Assembly: GCA_964016885.1 (NCBI GenBank)
Contig: OZ024743.1
Coordinates: 301,692,001-301,756,000 of the forward strand
Origin: Eledone cirrhosa
Lineage: Eukaryota
Direction of reading: 5' to 3'
Length of the DNA: 64,000 nucleotides
Of this stretch, positions 55,862-64,000 are shown one piece after another. Numbering within the stretch: position 1 is the stretch's first letter; each line of letters opens with the position of its first letter. The notes beneath the pieces are model-generated. The model was given only the letters and a program-made list of their open reading frames with translations. It made no database searches and was not told the DNA's origin. The position numbers and the translations under genes are program-made.

Positions 55862-58158
55862 TAAGGTCGTGTCAACTACCAGGTGGTCCATAACCTAGCA
55901 GTGTACTAGATAATTGGTGTAATAGAGTGGGTAATATGAACATTTTCAGGACCACGGCGGCTGAACTCCGGCCGTTTCAACATCTAAATCCGAACTAAAT
56001 CGCCAGTATTCGAATGGCGGCAAGGGGTAGAGTCCATATATGGCCATACAATCGAGGCAAAACAAAAAAAAATCTGAAAAGTTTGTTGTTTTCTTGTTTG
56101 GCTCGAGAGTGATCAGTGGTCGTTGTCTTAGATCAAGTGGCTGTTATATTCCTGCTAAATGTCTTTATTTATTGCATTCGGGGCGGTGAGAGGATAGAAA
56201 TGCGAAAATGAAAGACGGATGGGTCGGTACACTAATTGACCCGAAAGTGCCAAGCTAATTAGGCGCGCAAACACGTCATTAAGAGAGATTTAATCTTTAT
56301 CAATTATTTCCAATCTGTAGAAATGTTACTCTGCTAAGCTTCATTTCAGTAGAGAAAGAAACTCAAGGGGAGAAAATATGAATTCAGCGTATGTACGACA
56401 AATATGGTTATGTTTTTGCTCAGTCTTACACTTTGCTAAAAATGTAAGCATTTATAATTTATTACTATTCCTCATCATAGAGAAATCTAGTTAACGATTG
56501 TCCCTGACTCGGGAAGAGCACCTCATTCACTAATTTACATATGCTTTTTATTTTACTTATTTTCAAACACCCGACATCTACCCTTAATCTTAAATATTTT
56601 ACTAATTATTTCACATCTCATACTGCTGTAGTCAGTTAAGGTGTATATTTAAATAAATTCCGCAAAATTCCCCTAAGTGCCAATTTAAAATGTATATTAA
56701 AGCCCTCAACAAACATGGGGAAAAGGAAGTAATAGAAATAAAGTTTAGTTAATAGCTTTCTTTAAAGTGTCACAGCTATCTGTTCGGCTGGTGCCATAGG
56801 GCAATAAGTATAGTTTAGCAAGAATCAACGAATTCTATTCATATCTAAGGAAGTCTCGGGAATGTTTACCACAGAGAAAATATACAATAATGAAAATATA
56901 CAAAGTATACACGCGGTAATGAGTTCGTCCTTTTTCTTTAACAATTGGTCCTTTGCAAACAGCATCTGGATTGTTTCAGCCGAGCATAAATGCAGGCGGT
57001 GCGTCCTCCCAGGTAAGATGTTGCACTGCAACGGTCAATATTGTTGTTTTGGAAGTCACAAATATGACCAGAAAATGCGGTGGCCTGTCGCTGGGTCGGG
57101 ATTCTGAAAGATAAACATTCTTTATTGCCCTATGGAACCAGCCGAACAGATAGATTTGATATTTTACTAGACCTATTACCCATAGTTTAACCATGATGCA
57201 TAGGCATACACGTGGCTATTACCGGACTGTCGCTACGGTAGGTATGGTATATAGAGCTAACGTGTACTGGCATACAGACTTATATTATGCAATTGCGCAT
57301 CTACCGCCATATATTACACAGTTGGAACTGTTAAAGAAAGCTAGTAACTAATATTTATTTCTATTACTTTCTTTTGCCCATGTTTGGCGAGTGTTTGAGA
57401 TACATGTTTAATTGGCACTTGGGGGTACTTGGAGGAATTTACTTTAATTTAGAACTTTAGCTAACTTACAACAGTATGAGATATGAAATAATTAGTACTA
57501 TCTTTAAGATTAATGGTAGAATTCGGGGATTTGAATATCAGTAAAATAAAAAAAATAATATGTAAATTGTTGAACTAGGTGCTCTTCCCGGGTCAGCGTG
57601 AATCTTTAACTATATTTCTCTATGATGGCGATAAATAGTTATACATTGGAAAAGTGTAAAGATAAAGCCAAAACATAAATAATCTTTGCGCTGAACTTAT
57701 ATTTTCTCTCGTTGCGTGTCTTCCTCTCCTAAAATGAAGTTTAGCACAGTAACAATTCTACAGATTGCAAATAGTCGATAAAGATTAAATCTCTGTTAAT
57801 GACGTGTGTTCCCGCCTAACTAGCTTGGCCCTTTCCGTCCAATTAGTGTACCGACCCATCCTCTTACATTTTCGCATGTCTATCCCCTCGACGACAAGAA
57901 TGCGAAAAAAAAACATAGCAGGACTATACAAGACATTTTTTCTAAGACATCCCCGCCCTAGATCACTGACTACTCCCGAGATAAACAAGAAAACCACAAA
58001 CTTTAATTTTTTTTTGATTTTTGCCTTGACGGAATGCCCATGTATGGACTGTACCCCTTGATAAGTTCAGCTAGATTACCACCATTCAAATACCGGTCAT
58101 ATAGTTCGGATCTAGCTGTCGAAACGGCCGGAGCTCAGGCGCCGGGTTACTCTATCTG

Positions 58159-58163
<5 letters not shown>
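55862..58163. mobile_element. Long diverged family A-related foldback: ~830-bp inverted arms (~55935-56770, ~57325-58163), ~550-bp spacer, ~75-bp left extension
   Basis: Collinear reverse-complement matches, e.g. ggatgggtcggtacactaattg (56217) / caattagtgtaccgacccatcc (57840), cgggaagagcacct / aggtgctcttcccg, tccggccgtttc / gaaacggccgga. The head caggtggtccataac...tagagtgggtaata matches the family A head. Confidence 0.85.
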
Positions 58164-58218
<55 letters not shown>

Positions 58219-59514
58219 TATAAATTAATCTATCGATCTCTCTACGAGACCATGAGAATTCCACTCTTTCTCGACAAAGTATAAATGTACGTGCAATCCT
58301 CTTGCCACACATACATCTCTCAAAATATATCTTCCCCAGCATTTAATGTACGGAAATATCTATACTTCTTAGTATTGTTAACCGCATTAGTAAACCAAAC
58401 AAATCTTTATATTTTGAGATGTTTCACATTTGTAACCTGTTCTATGCAGAATCATTGCCTTTTTTCATCTTAAAGTTTAAATCATCCAACATAAGAATGT
58501 TTAAGCATCCCAAGCTCTCTCTTAATTTTGCCCAGATACCGACGTGAGGAAAATATACTATGAACAACTAGTTTGTTACTAATTCTATTATATTTAAATT
58601 TAATTTTGAATATTCGATTTAAAACAAATAAAATACAATGTAAACTTGATGTGATGATATAAATATGTTGATAGTAATATGATATTCTGAATTAAATAAT
58701 ATCTATCTCTCTCTCTATCTATATGAATTAAATAATATCTCTCTCTCTCTCTCTCCTTATTACCTCTCCGTCATCTTCTCTCTTTCTTCTCGTACATATT
58801 TTATATGGAAAAGCAATTACGATATCCTCTAAAATTTCACAGGAAAACTTTCTGGTGAATTTAAAGTTGAATTAATTTACGACAAATATGTGAGTTCAGA
58901 TAATATCAACTTACATATCAAGTTCTGCCCTATACTATATTTTTCTTTTCAACTTTGAATGTAATTGGATGTGACTTCATTATGATTTATTTTGACAAAT
59001 TGTATAGCTATTTCGCAATAATTCTATGTCAGAATATTAACAGTACCACACAAAAAAAAACAAAAACATAGATATACAATTATTTCAAAATGCTGTTAAG
59101 TTTATTTAACTATCTACTACTTAGAGCATAATCAACGTACGAAAAATAAAACATTAATATCGTGTATCCTAATAGAAAACATCCTGGGAAATTAACAGGC
59201 AAAGAGACCTACATTGAACACTTTCCTGTATTAGAGGTCCGCATATGTAATCGTTAAAAAAAAAGATATGCGTGTTTACGGTTAAATATTTCCTGTGACT
59301 AATTCTACTTAAGAGTTAAGCAAATACAATATGGAGTTCGTTTAATTAATTTCATACTATGTGTAGTTCTAAGTGACATTATAGGAGTCAATGAAGAAAC
59401 TATTTCTTCATTATGAAAGGAATTTAGCTGGTGGTGAAAGTAGGAAATATAACTTTTATGGTAGAAATAAATGTACTGACGTTCTACTGACTATTTGCTG
59501 AATAGCCTTAAAGA

Positions 59515-59701
59515 TAATTGTTTCTACTTTTGGCAGAAGGCCAGCAATTAACCAGTGTTTTACTGGTACTTTATTTTATCGACCCCGTAAGTATGAAAGG
59601 CAAAGTTAACCTCGGCGGAATTTGAACTCAGATCATAAAGGGACGTAACTCTATGCTTCAAAGCATGGTGTCCGACTCTCTACCGATACTGCCAATCCAC
59701 C
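59515..59701 (-). mobile_element. MetaSINE-like SINE
   Basis: Same family as 41090. Confidence 0.88.
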
Positions 59702-60697
59702 AATGCGTACCGTTTGCCCGTGTGTATGTACATGTAGGATTAGGGGAGATCGAGCTGGGTTTATTGAGTGCCAACAGATATCCTGCCGATTATTACCCCA
59801 AAATGATTACCCCAAAATTAGAGCACTAATTTTATCTCTTTCGATTAGTGTATTGTTGATTATCTTTGAGTTTTTTAATGTGATAATTCATATTCAGCTA
59901 TAGTTTACCAACTTCCATATCACATGACTTATCATACTAAATTACCAAATGAAGGTAACAGTTACTCTTGATGAACATGGACACAATATAATTAGATGCC
60001 AAAAGCTATGAGGCACAGGCAACGGGTAGCAGTCTAGCCGGATTCAATCAACAGAAGAGAATATATATGAAGACAAGTTTGTATTGACATATAACTAAAG
60101 ATTATGTCTTGAGAGATCTTATCAAATCAAATTCAGAACCAGGGACATAGAGACATGGTGATTAAGAGAGGCCTAAGAACTCCTCTTCAACAAACAAACC
60201 AACACACACATTTTAATTGAAGTGAATAATAAATTCAATAGATCCAAACAATTTGAATAACAACAACAACAATGTAAGGTCTGTTTGCATATTGATATTC
60301 TACAGTGCCTTATAATCTATATGAAGACGTAGTGCCATAGACAGCGTCATACAATCATGATTGTGGCGCACACGCGCACACACACACATATATATGTATA
60401 TATATATATAAATATATAATCATAACTCGTGTGCTTCCTCTCCACATGTTATTAATGAAGGTATGTATAGTATATTTGGTATATACCGTATCTTTAATTA
60501 AAAACATTAGAAGCCCACTCGCTATCAGTTAGAATATAGTGACTAGGTCACTTAGTTAATTTTAGGCAAAGGTAGAGAGAGAGACTGACTGTCTGTTTCT
60601 AGCTGTTTGCCGTTTATCAAAACTACGCAAAAGTCAATAATCCGAAGAGGGTTCGATAAGGATTGTATATATTTATACACACACACACATACACACA

Positions 60698-60754
<57 letters not shown>

Positions 60755-60789
60755 GGTGCTAGGTAACAGTGATATCGCATTTTATTTCT

Positions 60790-60914
60790 ACTACTGAATA
60801 AGATTGAACCTTTGAACTAAAGTATTTTCCTCAAGAAACCACGTATCTCACGGTCCCAAAAAGAAAATGACAGCCTCACGATTGCAAGCCAAACGTTCTA
60901 ACAATTAAGCCACG
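60790..60914 (-). mobile_element. Degenerate CORE-type SINE
   Basis: Minus strand reads gtggcttaattgttagaacgtttggcttgcaatcgtgaggctg...cttgaggaaaatacttt, similar to the 23033 copy. Confidence 0.5.
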
Positions 60915-61489
60915 TATATAGTGAGCATACATGTTTGTATATATAAATATATTTGTAATAATCTTCCTGATAAGATGTGTGAGGGAATTGTAGTTTGAAG
61001 TTGGTAGTTAAGCAAATATCAATGTAGAAGCCAGCATAATCGTATTGAGACGGATATGAATTGTTGATATGTTTGATGGCTATAAACGAATGAATTATAT
61101 AAATACACCATAACTCTAAGCTGACCTAAATAGTAACGTTGTAAAAAAAGATATCTATATGTACAGGCCAGGATATTTGTGAGGAAATGGATTCAAATTT
61201 GCGTTTACATTAATAGCATTTTGTGCCTAAAGTAGAAACAATTACTATAACTACATAACAAGCTCAATGGAATCAGTAGTAGTAATTTATAAACAGTGAT
61301 ATACGCAATGGTTGCTTTGCAAATGATGTGTAATGGTATGATAACAATCATGTTTAAATACGGCATGTATCTTACCCCTAATATTAAATTCAATTGAACT
61401 ATAACATTTTGAAGCGGGGTTGCATAAGCAACAATTCAAAAACATGTCAGCTATCTATTTTTATCGCTATTGATATTCTCTCTCTCCCC

Positions 61490-61540
<51 letters not shown>

Positions 61541-61552
61541 TATACACCCACC

Positions 61553-61603
<51 letters not shown>

Positions 61604-61976
61604 TTTAGCATCGTGAGAGAGTTGAGGTTTAAAGGGATAAGCGATACATATAGTTAGTTGTAAAAAGCTGGTGCATTTGTGGTCAATACTTGTGCCTACA
61701 GGGTTAATTATCGGAGGCGTTAATATTTAATGGGCGAGAATATAAGCAGCACGGTTACAAATGAAAGGATTACAAACGAGAATACATACTGTTGGAACAT
61801 TTTATACAAACGCAACTACTTACGTTTCCCCCGAAAAGGACCATGTCTGTTTGAACACTATAAATTTGTATGCCCTTGAGAAGCCCATTTCGGGGGATAT
61901 GTACGTAGGTGCTTTTGTATAAACATATTCTAACAGTATGTATTCTCCTTTCTAATCCTTTCAGTATATATATATA

Positions 61977-62139
61977 TAACAAAGGAATAGTGGTAAAGAA
62001 CCAGATGGACAATAACGCACCAGAGTACTCAATACTTAGGGTAGTAGAGTGAGAAATAGGAAAAAAGTATGACACCGATGGCAGAACTCAAGCCGTCGAA
62101 ACGGCTTCAGCTCTGCCGTCGGGGTCATACTTTTTCATA
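61977..62139 (+). mobile_element. Family A copy, subfamily 1, palindrome partly collapsed
   Basis: Family A head, then gaaaaaagtatgacaccgatggcagaactcaagccgt-cgaa-acggcttcagctctgccgtcggggtcatactttttc, in (TA)n. Confidence 0.88.
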
Positions 62140-62807
62140 TATATATATATATATATATATATTGTTATGCATTGGAAGGTCATGTTGCCAATACAAATCT
62201 TGCTAAACATATATATATATATATATATATATCGAAAAAGTGTAAGAGAGAGAGCATCATATATGCCTACGCATATAAATTCTATACAATCATTTCATCC
62301 AAATAATGCAATTAGGTGAAATCGTGTTTGACAGGATGTTTGGTTCTCGTTAATACATAAATGTCAGGAAATCGTAACTGACAAAATCGTGTCAGCAGTA
62401 TCTGTGGGAGTTATAAAATCAAGTGCTCAACCTATCTACAAAAACTAATTAAATATAAGTATTTGTTTAACTTATCATTCTTTCCATAACCTATGTAAAA
62501 TGTAACATGAGTAATTGGGTAACCACTTTTACTGAAAGCTGACTAATATGTGTTGAATCAAGAGAAATATTCACTTTAATTCACAATGGAAATATTTCTA
62601 AAGGGGACATTTTCAAACCCAGTATGAAATAGTTTTAAAATGAATAACTTGAATATGTCTTCACAATTTGAGTCTTTTGTTTAAAACCTCAAAATAATTA
62701 ATAAAATACACGGGCCATGAAATAAGATAACATATTTTTACGGGGGGAATAGACTAATAACATCGAGAACCCTCGTTATCGAGTGAGTAGTCGAATGACT
62801 TTTAAAA

Positions 62808-63161
62808 TAATTGTTTCTACTTTTGGTACAAGATAGCTCTAGAATAGATACAAGATAGCTCTAGCAACAATCTATTGCCCAGTGCATTACTGGGACATTA
62901 TTTTATCGATCCCGCAAGGAGTAAAGGCAAAGTTAACCTCGGTGGGTTTGAACACGGAATGGAAAGGGCCATAACACTATGCTGCAAAACATTGCATCCG
63001 TCCCTCTACCGATACTGCCAATGAAGTCGTGTATTTTAAACCAACACTATTTTTGCCCGTCGAGGTTAACTTTGCCTTTTATCCTTACGGGATCGATTAA
63101 AAAAATTACCAGTAATGCACTGGATAATTGCTGGCCTTTTGCCAAAAGTAGAAACAATTAT
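62808..63161. mobile_element. Two MetaSINE-like copies head-to-head (minus ~62808-63021, plus 5'-truncated ~63055-63161)
   Basis: Both have the core and the agtagaaacaatt tail in opposite orientation. The left copy has an internal duplication of tacaagatagctctag. Confidence 0.8.
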
Positions 63162-63870
63162 TTTTGCTAAACAGTCAAGTGACCAGAGAAGGGGGGGGGG
63201 GGGTTAATTAATCCACATTTTTTTATTGGATAGCTCTAGAAGCAATATTGAATGTTTTGCAAGACAGTTTTCTAGGACACTTTTGCAGTCAGTTTGCTGA
63301 ATATAGGATCATATATGTTTCAAGATTAACGAAATGTTATAACGTGATCACAGATGAGGTGTCGCCAATCACGGGGTTATTGACGACTGTGATCAAGGAT
63401 ATCGGCGAAAGGATGCAAGCAGACTGTTTGAATATGAAGTCTTTAGAAAACGTATACGCCTATAAGTTTTCACATAGGAATTAATTACGTTAGAGAGAAA
63501 TCCTATGCAGAAATTCTGTGGTGATAATCATGCGCATGCGTTAGTTTCGTGAGGTCGCCGTATGCGTGAATAACATTAGTAGAGTCGGTATGTTACATGT
63601 TGTCCTAACATTTTGCATCACCTTATTAAAAATGCTTGGAAAGACACAGGTATACAATAGCACAAATAGATTTTAGTTTCCAGCTTGTTGGAAGAGATAT
63701 TAAAACGTCGCGTATCGGACGTTACTCTTTTATCAGGAAAGAATAAGTTTAGCAGAAAAGGGAAAATAGGAAGTCGGTAAATGTATGAATGGTCACACAC
63801 AGACACATTCACACACACACGCGCACACACACATACACATACACACATACACTTACATATATACATACAT

Positions 63871-63941
<71 letters not shown>

Positions 63942-64000
63942 TATATATTTCGTTTCTGAATTTGTTTAGCAAGATTCTTTATCTGAAAACGTGTGTTGAA

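Overview
AT-rich eukaryotic non-coding DNA (intronic or intergenic) dense in (TA)n, (CA)n and (GA)n microsatellites. It is most likely from an octopod cephalopod, inferred from the MetaSINE- and CORE-SINE-like repeats and the repeat landscape. No host protein-coding gene can be supported, and almost all short ORFs in the track are microsatellite artefacts. Recognisable content: several Penelope-like retroelement (PLE) fragments (RT and GIY-YIG), about 10 minimal type-I hammerhead ribozyme (HHR) motifs typical of PLE pseudo-LTRs, a decayed chimeric R4/Dong-type LINE in (TAA)n lying tail-to-tail with an L1/Tx1 3' end, an internally deleted mariner, RTE, CRE and Helitron remnants, tRNA-derived SINEs and a 45-bp minisatellite. 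The most striking pattern recurs in at least four unrelated families: (TA)n, long arm, axis or spacer, shorter inverted arm, (TA)n. The inversion axis often sits on a hammerhead core, and in one family the two arms co-vary between subfamilies. All alignments and folds were done by eye, so coordinates may be off by a few bases.
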